From the NCBI GenBank assembly GCA_000934665.2, contig KZ538086.1:62001-126000 (forward strand): a stretch of 64,000 nucleotides of DNA, in the 5' to 3' direction. Of this stretch, positions 1-13,200 are shown piece after piece (positions within the stretch are counted from its first letter, which is position 1; each line of letters begins with the position of its first letter). This DNA comes from Catajapyx aquilonaris (taxonomy: Eukaryota). The notes beneath the pieces were generated by a model. The model saw nothing but the letters and a program-made list of their open reading frames with translations, made no database searches and was not told the origin of the DNA. A program made the position numbers and the translations under genes.

Positions 1-3000
1 CAACCAGCAACCCATGATTCTGCTGACTAAATATCCCTATAGTTTGGCATTCCCCGAGTGTATAGCACAAACATGGCCTGGCGACTGGGAGAGGGGCGAT
101 CCAAATGGTAGTTTCTGTTTATCAAATTGGTCAGTTATATTACACAAGCATCCCGCGTCCCTTAATCCCCACTGGCATTATTAGGGGGAGTATCTTGGAC
201 GCTGATAAGTGTTAATGCCTGGCAAACGAGTGGGCGAGCCCATCCCCGGGAACAAATTTACAAGTGCGCCTTTAGCAATAAAACCGTTTTTGACCGACTG
301 CGTGGCAGATAATCGCTTTATCCGCACTGGAACAAATCCACGCTAAGTCTCCACACCAATCCGGAAGATATTTGCAGCAAATCTACGCCAATCATGCGTG
401 CTTGTGTGTAAACGAGGAGGCGAAATCCCCTCGTATAAATCTTATCAATCCCACCGCTTGCGTGATTGGGGATAAAAAATTAGCCAGCGTCACTTTTTTG
501 TGTGTGTGTGTCCCTAGTTACATGCCCAGCACTAACTTGTGCTTGCCCCCGTCCTGGTTCTTCTACTTTTCCCCCCCTTCTTCGAGATGCATATTCCTAA
601 TGACGGAGACTTTTCCCAAGACCGCACCGTAGCCAACTCGTTATCCCAAAGTCTCCGCCGCTAAATGGCTTCCAATTTTCGTGGCGGTGGGTAGCGTCGG
701 AGGATTACACTGTAAATAAGGTGATGGTCGGTCCCAACCCCCTTCTACCCCTTGCTGGCTTTAAGCGAAAAACTTAAGCAGTGTTTACGAAAGCCGGCAG
801 CCGATGCAATAGGGAAATGCCGTTTCCTCTAATGGCTTCGGAGGAGGAATTTCAGGTCTAAGATAACTTTGTGGTTGGTCGCGGATGTAGAAAGTTTTGG
901 GGGGAGGGATTTCGGACCAGGGGGAGATGGGAAGGGTGGGGGTTTGGAGGTTATACAGAAAAAAAATTATAATAACTTGTCGTTTATTAGTCCCGCATAT
1001 GCGGCAGCGTTGGGTCGTTTTGCGGCTAGGACGAATGCCCCACCCTAAGGCTATAGCGTTGCGCATTTGTATTAGTGTGTCTTAAATGCGGGGAATTTAT
1101 TTTTGGAATGGGTGCACTGTAGTGTGTGCGTATAGCTGTGGTTGTTCAATGCGCTACTTTCAACGGGCAACGAAACTATCATTGAACATTCATTAGCATT
1201 TCAGGGGGGTAGCAATATTCTCCACCACGATATGCTAGATTACGCTTGAGCATAGGCCCTGCGGCTGCGAGGCCAATACATAATTATTGCAAAGTTACCC
1301 GGGTGTAACGGTAAATTTTGCATAATTATTTCAGTTGCAATTTTGACTCCAAGTATAATAATATTGTGTTAGAGCTGTATGTGCTACAGCAAGCTAATTT
1401 TAGGTCCAAGTGGAGCTCACAGTGGAAAGCAAAATTATTGTCAAATTCTTCGAGTTACCAAACAGTAACATTATGTGGGACTTTCTAATCCGGACGAGGC
1501 GGAATGTGGAATCTTAATAAATATCCCGAAACATATCCTGCGCGCATACAGCGAGGACTTTTCACATTTTCAGGCTCTATTATTTATACTGAATAGAATA
1601 TGGCTTAGTCCTCGGGCATGTCTTTATTTGAGTCTCTTTTAGGAACAAAGACTTCCTCTATACTTTCTATAGCAACAGAGAAATATGAGGATAAGGAGTA
1701 ATTTCAATTAAGCCTTTGCCATGCGCACTCTTTGTTCATTCCTAAAAATGCATATACGCAATATAAGTCGCTTCAGAGTAATCTTGTTAGCTGCTTGACC
1801 TGGTAATACCGATTCAGAAAATTAATGCTCATATAGCCCCATGAATTGGAATTCACTACCAACATTTTGTAATTAGTTACTATTGAATGTCTTCGCATCT
1901 GAGACGACACCCAGCATTGTAAAGACATTTATCAAACATGATGGATTCATTATCGTCGCCACATTCATCATTCCCATCATTGTTGTTGGTGCTGGTGTTG
2001 TAACAGTATAATTTCCGGGCTGACCAGGATTGAGTAAATAATGACACAAACACAATGCAGTATCAAAATTGCGTTGTTAATATTACACTACCTTTTAATT
2101 GAAATTGCAACAGGAGATGAAATGGCGTGGCATGTTGGTAAGCAGGTGTAGCAACTGCGCCGGTATTTATTTAGGTGTAAGTCAGGGGCTCGGCGGGTAG
2201 TCCTTAACCCAGTACCGTATAGAGGCGGGAGGGGGGTGGTGGTGTATGTATAGCCGCGCCATCCTTGCCTGTCTGCAGTAGCACCCAAGATCCGTGTCAT
2301 CGTTTTCCTAAAGACGTCTCGGGCAGCCCCGCTCAAGCCAAGCTGCTAGATCCCCCCAAGCTCAAAGAGCTCTGGGTAATGTGCGAGCCCGGCTAGCTCC
2401 TCGTGCCCTAACTTTCAATTTTGTCGTGCGACCTACAGCCTTCGCCTCGACAGACAGACCTAATTTTGAAGACAGGTTGTATTCGAACAGACCCAGGAAT
2501 TCAAATTATCCTTGCCCCCGGAGAAGCCGTCCTCTCTTTTTTTTTTCCCCTGCATACGTATATACACTCTTTCCTCCACTCTTTGTCTTTCGCTACCTCT
2601 CTCACGCCTCGAAGGAGCAAGAAGGAATAGAAGAAATTCGTGCTGTTGTCTCGCTTGGCGCCTTCGGGGACAATGGTCGAGACGTCGTTGCTGGATATTA
2701 TCCTGGCGATTATTTTCTAGGTGGGTGTCACATCCGGAACCCTCAAGTCCTTTCGTCCGGAGGCGGCCAATTTGTTCTGGAATGCCTCGGACTGCGCGGA
2801 ACAGCGACAAAACGCGCGGTAATACTGCTTCTGGAAGAATTTTCCGCCCGGTAAATCCGACCATCGATCCGAATGCAAAAACATACAAAATCCCAGACCG
2901 CCTCCTCGTCTGATGGCCCCTCTTTTTTTCGGGTGACGCCCACCCCCATGTCTTGTAAAGTGTATGTGCCCCTTCCCCACCACCCCTGCCCTGCCCAGCC

Positions 3001-6000
3001 TCCCCATCTCTCCCTCTGCTGCTGCTCTTCGTTCGCCTGAAGGTGATTTAGGAAAATGCGTTTCGGGTAGTCCCCTCCTGAAAGCATTATTGGTTGCACC
3101 GAGTTTATGCCTGAGGTTTTCGGCAATGACTTTCACCGTGATCTGTTAGCCACCGGCAGCCCACGGACACTCTTACATTAACTTGATGTTCCTCCCGATT
3201 GCGTTTGTAAGGATCCAATTACCATATCAGCCAGGGAGCCTCCAAGCGGTGGAATGGCCATCCCAGCTCCAGTCAGGAGTTAGCGGCGCTAATGTATAGG
3301 AACCTAAATCTATGCTGCTCAACACAGATGTTTATCCATGATGTATATGCTTTGAGATTTTTAATTTTAAAAAAATAGTGTAAAATTGATGCTTGAAATC
3401 AGCCTGCCAGTTCTGACCGTGTTGGGCACCTGGAGAACGCTGGTGGCAGCAGCCCTCCTTCGTTACTTCCTGTGAAGCTTTGCCCACAAGTTTCCACTTG
3501 GCACATATATAGCTGCAGGGTAGACGTTGATTGACAAGCCGACCCTAAGCTTGTCTTGTCCTTAAGAAGATTATAGTATTAAGCTACAACTTGGAAGATT
3601 ACGATTTTTTTTCTCTCCATTTCTCTTCCGAGTCTCTCGCTCTCACTTTCTTCGAACCCCGGTTTTGCGGAAATTATGCACTGGGTGTAACTTGGAACTT
3701 GGGGTTTCGGATATGAAGTTCAAGCTGGAGCTGTGCAAGGGAGGGAAAGGTGGGTAGGTGGAGGGGGGTGCAACTTTCCCCGGCCCCAGGTTTCTTTCGG
3801 GATAAACTTTGCGAGACCTTAGTGCCGACCGTAAAATTTACGCTGGGTCTAAGGGACTTTGTTTCGGGGTCCATAACACCCGGCTGTTTTTACGCCGGAG
3901 TAATGCCAGGGTCACGTGCACCTGGGTCATTAAATGGCCGTCTAATTAAAGTGGGAGGAGGGTAGTTCTCTCCTGTTCCTGTCCCCCCCATCCACCCTGG
4001 CCGCCATTATAATGTCGGCACCATTTTTATCCGTCGTGTGTGGGCCCGAACAATGGGAATTGAAATGCCACGTGCGACGCAATTCAGTAGTCAATCGGCT
4101 TTGTGTTGGGCGCCGGACGTTTTTCTATCTTGTAGCGGGATAAATACAAACAAACGCCGGCAGGAAAGCGCATCATTATGAGCAGGCGGAGCGTGTATTT
4201 TGAAGAGGATGCAGTTTAGTGGGGCGGAATTGAGCGCCGCAGAGCCAGCCACCCTCACGTGATAGCAATTATCCAATCCATCCGTGTAAAAAGAGGGCAG
4301 CTTATCCGCTCCCGAAATGGGCAAGCGATTTCATAGGATACGTGCGTGCGCGCGTGTGTTTGTTGTAGTGGACACTTTTACCGATACGCAATGTCAGGCC
4401 CCATTTTTATTTAACCCCCGTCGCTCCTTTGTGGAGCAACATGGCGGGACAGCATTTGGAAGTTCCCTAATGACATTGTAAATACCTGGAGTGCCCCCAG
4501 GCATGGCGGGTTGATAGGCAGCTGACGTGACTCATGGACTTGTACCTACAGTGGGCTATATCTTCGCACAGCCTCCACCCATTGAGTGGAAAAGGGGGGA
4601 GGAGGATGGAGGGAGAGTTTGGTCAGGGGGCATTGTATTCTATTTCATGTTCAGGGGGAGGAGGTTGAGAATAGAGGCATTCATCATGGCTCCGTTCCAG
4701 TGGCGATTCCCAAATGGTTCTGAAAAGCTGGGGAGAGCAGGTTGCAAGCTCATGTTATAAGCTGCACAAAGGAAGATGTTGCCTGGTGGTTTATGTCCTG
4801 GGAAGGAGGCGGAGGAGCAGGGTGAGAGGGGAAGGGGGGGGGGATCATTTGTGCTGGCTTTCTGCGTTTCTTCAACAACAACATGGCGGCGGATGAAAGA
4901 AATGAAGTGAAATGAGGCGAGCAGAACCTTCCAGTTTACGTCATAAAAATAATGAGCCTGCAGACAACAGGTAGTGGCCGTGAGGGAGCCCTGTCCAAAG
5001 CTAATTTTTGTGGAAGCGTAAAAAGAGTACAATGCGACATCCACTTTCCGGTATACTGCCGTTGTAATGCACACAATCGTGAATTGGACCATTTAACTTA
5101 AATTAACAAGGGAAGGTGCGCTCAAAATGGCGCGCACCATGTAATGAAAAGTTCTCCGGCCTAATTTGCCAACATTTTGCGCGCATTTTTGTCCCCCTCT
5201 TCCAGTTTGTTGTTTTTGTGTTTTGAAAAAAGGGAAATATTATATGCCGAGCGTGCCTGGTATTATAGGTGGTGTGGGGCCCGTGGTGCATGCAGGGAGA
5301 GGGGAGTCCGGGAACAAACGACCACTGCTGAAAGTCTTGACCAGACGACATCCTGACGGCCCGTTATTGAGTTTTTCATCCTGGCCGGTCTCCCTCCCTA
5401 GATGGTCATCAAGGTGAATCTAGTCAAAACCGCATATCTATATAAAAAGGAAATCTGAATCGTTAAGGTGGGGAGGGGGATGTTCTTGGTATTGGCAAGT
5501 ATGAGGTGGCAGCCCAGTCAATACAGGCCCTCTGGAATCATAAAGCCTACGGATGGTGATTTCCCAGCCCTATGCAGGACCCGAGGATGAGAGTTATAGG
5601 GGTGTAGGGAAGGATTGGGAATGTCTGCAGCGACAAGGATGGCGACTGGAATGAACTTTATCTCCTGGAGAAAAATGGGAGAGAATTTTTTCCCCTCGCG
5701 TATGGGTTTGGACGGTGCAATGAAGATCGCGTAGCACAATTTAGCAGGCCGTATCCAGCTGATGGAGAGGTCAATAAGCAGCTGCAGCGATTACAGCAAA
5801 CGCAACGGCCCCCGTCGTTTGTGAGATTCTGATTGTCTGAAAATTATGGACTAATAGAGGGAGGGCAAATAATATCGGGCTGCCATGCATAGGAACTCGG
5901 GCCCTCTCTTTTTCTGCGCCGATAATTACCATGTGCCGCGAGTATGCTAACTGTCAAACGTCGGTAATTTTTTCTCTGAAGGGTGCTTATTAACACGTGT

Positions 6001-7677
6001 GCTTAAGGCGCTGCAGAATCGGTGCTGCGGTGGGGGAAGGAATTGTGTTACATCCAGACATGACAGCCAGAGTGAAAATAAGCCATGTAATTTATTGCAT
6101 ACGGGAATTAGAATGTCACTGCGGATGTAGTAATTGGCCCCAAGTGCCTTTCTTGACACGATTATTACCCAGGTTTTTTTCCCCCCTATTCGTTTATGAG
6201 CGATACTGTTCTCAGAACTGGCTAATTGAGCAAGATGGATAGAGGGACACGCTGTCCAGTTCCCACACTTTCATGATCATGCCACTGACCATTTATGTTT
6301 CAATTTTCTGTACTTTAAAAATATAAAATATTATATCCTGGGTCTTGGCCCGCAGTCCCCACACGTTTTCTCCAGTGGCAGTTAGCTGCTGGCCTAGACA
6401 GTAATTTGGGAGGTCCCGCTGGGGGGACATGAAAGACAATGTACATGTGCACAGTGCACCTTTGCTGTAATGACTACTGCGGCACCGCATATCGATAAGG
6501 TCGCGGCCTTCAACCGGTACGGGGTGTGCATCTTGGACTGAAAAGTCGTAAGTTGTGACCACCCATGAACTGGAACCCCTACATTACTGCAAATTCTTGC
6601 GATATTTTTAGAATCTAGGGGGAAGGAATTCCGATTGGTGGTAATACTGCAAATTTCTGCAGGCCTTGATCCCTCCCTGCCGCAGAGCCGCCGCTAATTT
6701 CCGCCTTTGGGGTCTCTTGCCATAGTATAAATTAACGGGTGCTGGGTGGGGTTAGGGGAGGCGACTCCTGCGGGATTCCGAGCAAGCTGGCCAGGGTTTG
6801 CATGCCCAATTTGATTTACACGAGGGGGCCAGTGAGGGCCGGCATGGCCAAAGGATAGGGTGGGGGGAAGTTTAGTGGTCACCGGAAATTCCTCCTCCCG
6901 TCCAAGCTGGGCGCGTGGTCATCCGGGTTTGGATGAGGCGAAGTGAGCAGCATTCACAATGGACAACCCCCTCCTCTTTTCTCTCTCCCTCTCCCCCCTC
7001 CCCTGCTCTATCTCTATCTCTCTCTAGGAAATTTCACCTTCTCAAGTTCTCTCGAGATGTGGCCAGGAAGCAGGCCGTTGCCGTGTGTAGATTCACTAAG
7101 CAATAATTATCGACGAAAATACTGCAGTCTCATTAAAGGTTGAGATGCCTGCAGTGATGCTGCCCTAATCTACCTATACCTTGCTCTTCCTTTTTTGTTG
7201 TTAGTATCCGGAGTGTACGGGAGTGCGTTTGGTATCATTCCCCGAACGGCAATGAGCCTTAATGACGGAGGAGCCATCCGGCATCTGGAAGCGAAATCTC
7301 ACGTCCTTTACAGTGATGCACGTATCTGTCATGGGGATAGTTTACTTGGAAGGCAGGCTAGGCTTATCGCCGCACAAGCTCCTTGACGTTGAGACGCGCC
7401 AAGTTGCTCAGCATAGATTTGTAACGGCATCTTCCCGTAGCCCGGGGTGTTAATTCATTTTGGTGCAGTACCTGGGGAAATCAGAAGGTGATATGCGCGG
7501 AGAAATCCCCTCCCACTTTTGGCATCGGATTAATGACAAGGAGTGGCATAAGCGGACGGATCCTACACTTCATTTTCATCCGGAGTTTGACGACAAATCG
7601 GTTGAGATTCAGCGGAGGGCTCCAGCTCCGGAATCCTCTCTGGGTGATGCGGCAGCCGGTTTATAGGCCTGTAGATA

Positions 7678-7704
7678 GGGTGGGTGGGTGGGTGGGAGGG
7701 AGGG
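7678..7704 (+). other. G-quadruplex-forming motif (seven GGG tracts, 1-nt loops)
   Basis: GGGTGGGTGGGTGGGTGGGAGGGAGGG matches the canonical G3+N1-7 x4 pattern with minimal loops. Confidence 0.75.
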
Positions 7705-10165
7705 CTGCCCTGTAAGAACCTCGCCAGCCGGACTCCCAAAAACTAGTGGATACAACTTGCCTACGTAATGGCGGGGCAGTTAATGTCGATCAGGAATTCC
7801 GGGCTGCTACCCCCTCCGAGTCCGGTTTTCCAACCACGTCTGGCCTCATTTCCGCCGTGTAAGGTAACTGGGAGGATGCGAAAATGACCGCTGGGGTCAG
7901 AGGTCACCCGGACCTGCAGACGCGAACCGGAATAACAATATTTCTCAGGCCTCGCTGGTGAAGAGTATGTTGCATGTTCCCCAGCAAAACAGCATTGCCA
8001 ACCTGTTATATAATTATGATGAAGCCACCTTGTGATATTGTACATTGATCCGCCAATCACACAAAGGGACTGGCTACATTTCCACCTCTTTGGTTGGTAC
8101 TGGCGGAATTCCCAGTGCAATCTTGACCACATCAACGTGTGAGAATATTATGCAGGCACACTTCTGTTGGTGTCAACATGTTGGCGTGCAATCAGTTCAT
8201 CAATTCTTATTTTTGGTAGCATTTTGGCTGGCAAAAACAATGTTTCAACAGTTGAGGTATATATACCCCCTTTTGTGCCAACTGGATGACGTGTGTGCCT
8301 GTTGGCCAGGTTCGCGTTCCAGTAGCCATGATTCCTGACTTGAACTGGAAACGCATGCACACAGCAGCCCGATGTCATTTTTTGTGGGTCGCCGGCTGAA
8401 ACAATGAGTTGTATCCCCCGCGGAGGCGCCTTTGAGGCTAATGGCCCCCGGTACGTCTTCATCAGGCGGCGAGACTTGATGCAGAGATGTTTTAATGAGA
8501 GAGGCGAGAGAAGGGGAATTAAAGCCCGGGGAAGTTTTAGAGGCCGGTATTGATGATCGCGTCGTTACCGGTGCGGCAAAACCGGGTCCCACCCTGCTGC
8601 TGCCCCGTGTCCCGAAGGGTGCCAATGTGGGCATGATTTTTGCACCGATCTGTGCGGCGTGGTAATTTTTTGATGAATAACAGCGCCGTTGTCGAGGTGC
8701 ATGGACCGGCACCGGCTCGTTCTGATGCGGACTGATACCTCCTCTGGGGGTGATTTCCGGAGGTTTTACCTGCGTCGAGCGAGCGAGGGAGCGAGCGACC
8801 GCACATGACTCTATATTCTTTTCCGTCGGACGGATGTCCTCATCAAAAAGTAACCCCCTTCGATGACCACGGGTCAATGGGGGCCCAGACGCTGATGGGC
8901 GATTCCCGATGACTCGGTAACCAGTAGCGGGGCCGGACCTTGTTTATGGGCAGCTGGAAGCGGCTGAAGCATGAAGATAGGTAGTGAGCAGTCCCCAATC
9001 CGTATATTTGGCTCCCGGAGCACCGCAGGCAGGCCGTGCTGGGGAAAAGGGAGGTGATTCCGGGGCAGGAGGCGTTAATCCGGGCCGCCTGCTCGCTCGC
9101 CCGGTTATGGGGCGCCAAATGAGGCTCCAACCTCGGCTGGAAAATGAATGGGGGGTTTGGTTGGGCTACTTGGAATCGTGTTGCCTGCAGGGGAGGCGAC
9201 GTGGTTATGTGCCGCACCTCCGACCTGAATCATACCTTCCGCAGCAGCATCCTGCCTGCCTGCTTGCCCCGCTACTGATACTCCAAATGGCACTTGCTTT
9301 TCCTCTTGAATACATCTCCCGTGTGCTTGCTTTGCCGAAGAAGGGAAGTTCTAGATTGTACATTGACGCCTCGGTGATCAGAAGACACAGGTTGAATCAT
9401 TGGACCATTCTGATGCAACTTTTTGACGAATAGTATTCTAGCAGGTAGCGTACAGTGCAGATATATTATTTGCAATCACAACCAACTCGACAAACTCCCA
9501 AAATACACCAACCAAACGCAACACTAGCCTCTCAACAGATGTGCTCGTGAAGTACAAGTAGTGAAAACATCGAGAGCCTTGCGTTTGATTTTTCAGCAAC
9601 TTTTTCCCCCAGCATGTCTCCTGCTTTGCGAGTTTCCTGGCTGAGAAATTACCCCGGCGAGCAAACCAGGGTATAACCGGAGGCAGAGAGAAAGGTTACA
9701 GTTCCCCGAAGCGTAAATTGCTTCCCCGATAATTGCGTAATTGTTGTCTTTGAAGGCAGTTTAAGACTGGGGTAGAGGAGAGATTGCTTTGACGACGTTT
9801 AAAGCCACACCGTGTGTTACAAGGTTTTTTTTCCAGAGCTATTACAAAACCGCTAAGAAACATTTATGCAACTACGACTAATTATTATTAATGGCAGGAA
9901 ATGTGTTTTTCATGAAAGAAATATAGCCGCAACCAACACTGCACTTAAAAATGGAACTAATGCCATATTATTAGCACAGTAGATTGAGTGATCCCGTTTG
10001 AATGGGCAGAGGTGAAGCGCCTTGCTTCATCCTGTAAGTTAGGCAGTCATTTGAACAGGAGAGGGTGTTGGGTAGCTCTTCACAGCCAGGATAAACACCA
10101 TCACTACTTTCCCACGTGTATTGAGATTGTTAGTGTTTCGTCATCTTGGTTTTGTGATGTTGGGA

Positions 10166-10267
10166 CCAGTTGTAAATTAACATGAGTTAAAGTTAACTGC
10201 TGAGTTAGTCTACAGGTAAACAAACGCTAACTTCGTAGTTGACCTTAACTCATGTTCGTACAACCGG
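10166..10267. mobile_element. Degenerate ~100-bp fold-back element (probable old MITE; a small-RNA hairpin is not excluded)
   Basis: Arm 10166-10208 (CCAGTTGTAAATTAACATGAGTTAAAGTTAACTGCTGAGTTAG) aligns to the reverse complement of 10227-10267 (CCGGTTGTACGAACATGAGTTAAGGTCAACTACGAAGTTAG) at 33/43 by manual count, including a perfect 12-bp core AACATGAGTTAA. The loop is 18 nt. No clean TSD is visible. Confidence 0.55.
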
Positions 10268-13200
10268 CAGTAAGAATGTCATCTCCCACCTATTTAGCTG
10301 TTTGTATAGGCGGAAGAACGGTTTTTAATCGTATTACAATGTTCTAATTTAAGATTTTTCGCGTGGTTAGTTTTAATTTAATACAAGCGCATTTAACGGA
10401 TTTAAAAAATTATAATTACCTGTATGCAAGGATTAAAGTTAATGCCCAACAGCTGTGGTTAACATTACTCAGACCCAGAATTAACCGTTCTACTTTTTGC
10501 ACTTTTAGTAAATTAATGTAAAGCATATAATACTCTCAGGCCAGAAATCCCTTCTTACAGGATGATTTGTAACTGTGTAGATGCTTACCAGTTTTAACTT
10601 ACTGTTGTGGTACATTTTCATTTAGTAATGGACGAGCTTTAAAGCATCAACTGCATAATGAGAGTTACTGCTGCAGATATATTTTAAAATTCCCTCGTAT
10701 AGGGGTGTCGCAACAGCTTCAGTAAAACTGATGAAGAGAATAAAATATAGATTTAAGTATTTTTCGAGTTTTTTTTTTTTCGAGGTCTATCAAAGCAGGT
10801 ATTTTTGCGTTACTTGAGGATATGGGAGGTGGGAACAAGGAGAAGCGGAATTTGTATTTTGGCGAATTTGTCGATATATCATAAGCTATTTGCAAACTAG
10901 ACACAGACGTGTGTCCTCCAATCGCACTCATTGGGAATATGATATGTAGGTTTTTTTTCTTCTTCTTCTTTCCCACCATGCCGAAGCCGAGTGCTTGGCT
11001 GGTTTATACAAGAGCTGGCAATATTTTTATTTATGATTGACAATAATTCATCCATGTCTGACTGGTTGGCATGCGTTAGGACGAATAGCATATTTACACA
11101 AGGGAACCCCTGCCGTTTTCCTTGTCATGCACGAGCCCCGAATAACGAGGGAGACACGTGCCTTTGGACGATCGGGCAGCGTCCGAAACCGTCATCACAT
11201 TTCACAGACACCTTTCGTGTTCCTTGCGGACTGGTATCCTCTACATGTCTTATCTCGTGTTGGATACAAAAGCACATTATAGATCGATAAGGCTGATTTC
11301 GTGTAAAAGTAGACGTCCAGCTCAAGGCGAGTCACGCTCCTTGCATCAATCTCCATGTTGAATTGAGGGGCCCCTAGTTACCCCTGCTTTTCACCCCTCT
11401 CGGGCAACTTTTTCTTAGGTTGAGACGTTCGTACTTTGCGAAATAAGGAGCAACATCTTGACAGCCAAGGAGCTTTTAGACCGCATACAAATGTGCATGC
11501 CACTCAAATAAGATTTGCGCCCAAAATACTCGCTCTTAATGGCTCTCATTTTTTTTCCCCTACTCTTCCTTGCGCATTTTCCACTGACGGCGTCTTCTCT
11601 CGAGGCATGGCTGGAAGGTAATGCTTAATTGGAGGGATCGTAGTCTTGATCGGGCCAAAATACCACGCTTGTCATGCACGACCGCGTAAGGGATTGCCGA
11701 CAAGTTTATGGAGCTTGAAAGGATGATGGATCAAGATATTGGCGGTATTTTGCTCCCCGACGGGAAGCTTTTTTGCATCATTTTTTTTTTTTTTGGCCCT
11801 CCCGCCATGAACCTTTTGAGGTGGAGCTATTTTAATCAGATAAAAAGTTGCTCGCATTTATAGTACACCTGCATAAATAGCGATTGCCCAATCGTGTAAC
11901 ATGTCATGTATAATAATATCCCCTCTGCCCATTTGGGAGTTGCCCCCCTCCCCTCCTCCTTCCCCCAGTCCCACCCACTTCTCCTCGGAAAAAAGAAACT
12001 GGAGATTGGTGCGAAAATTAGGGTTGTATATATTGGATGAAAGGATCTTTGCCTGTTCATTGATTTTTAAGGGGGGCCTAACGGAGTTTTACCACTGCAC
12101 TTTGGGGTTTTATAGGCTGTTAATCCTGTTTAAGGCACAATAGAGTGAAGGATCCACCTCCTACCGACAATTTTTTTTTGTACAGCGTGATTGACTTTAA
12201 AACCCCCTGCTATTCTCCCCTACCCCCTTCTGGTCCCCCTCTTCCGGAAAAAAAAAAGTTTCCGCTTTGTGGGGAGTAGAAAATGTCTGCCGTATAGCCC
12301 ATCTGCAGGATGCTGCAATGGGATTTGGTATCCCCGCGTCGTGAGGACATGCATGCAGATATGGTACAATTTCGCGTTGTCACTCTGGTCCAGCCCCTGG
12401 GAGGGTGGGAGGCAAGGATAAGCACAAATTCATTGGCATGCATGATAAATGGGGCAGTTACGCGGGTGGGATACATTAGGGGAGGGAAAACCAGTGTATG
12501 AAAAGTGGAGGAGGCGAGGAAAATTTTTCCCGCTTTTTAAAGGAAACCCGGCAGTTCTCGGGAGACAAGTCCGCAAACGCCACGCAAAGCCCCTCAGAAA
12601 GCTTTATCTGTGACTCATGGCGATTGTCACAGAGCCCTTTCCTCCCCTCCTCCTCCTCCTCCTCACTCTACCACCTCCCCCCTTGCTGCTCTCCGTGCTA
12701 AAGAAGACAGCGCCAGATTTGTAGCAGATACATGGGTTGCCATATGTTACTACCAATTCCGTCTTCTCCGAGTCTCAAGTCGGGCGCCAACATTTCTTAG
12801 CCCCCTTCCTCCTCTACCCCCTTCCTCTCTGGTTGACGCAATATCTCGTCACTGTGGGGGCATTACTGGGGAGGGATTTGCGGCCGTTCCAGACCATACG
12901 ACTTGCTTTGTGCGGTGCCGGTCCTTTTTGGCATCACTGGTCCTCCCATCCTTTTCGGGTTGCTCGCAAATTGTATTGCTCCAGTTTGGGTTGGCAACCG
13001 CTCGGGCGCCGATCCGTCTCATGGCAACTTGTATGTGTTTAGTCCTACCGTATTTTGCTAATGGGAATGAGGCCATTTTTGGAGCTGGGGGAGGAAGGGG
13101 GGAAAAATATGGAGGGCGTTAAGGGTTGGTTAGTGCCCAGCTGGCTGCATACAAAGAAGGGCCTCCCTCCCTCCCTCCCTCCAGCTCCCCCTTTCTCTCG

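Noticed and set aside
2381..3149. Stack of overlapping ORFs on both strands
   Set aside because: No frame stands out or matches a family I know; the most protein-like minus frame is broken by a stop at 2717.
6490..6497. DRE motif TATCGATA (also CRE TGACGTCA at 16031, 28713, 59664)
   Set aside because: Isolated 8-mers occur at about chance frequency in 64 kb.
8245..8877. 210-aa minus-strand ORF, and the other long ORFs (15347..15916, 33972..34556, 54984..55664)
   Set aside because: No recognisable domain. They are S/P/R/G-rich or repeat-derived and overlap ORFs in other frames, as expected of chance ORFs in ~50% GC DNA.
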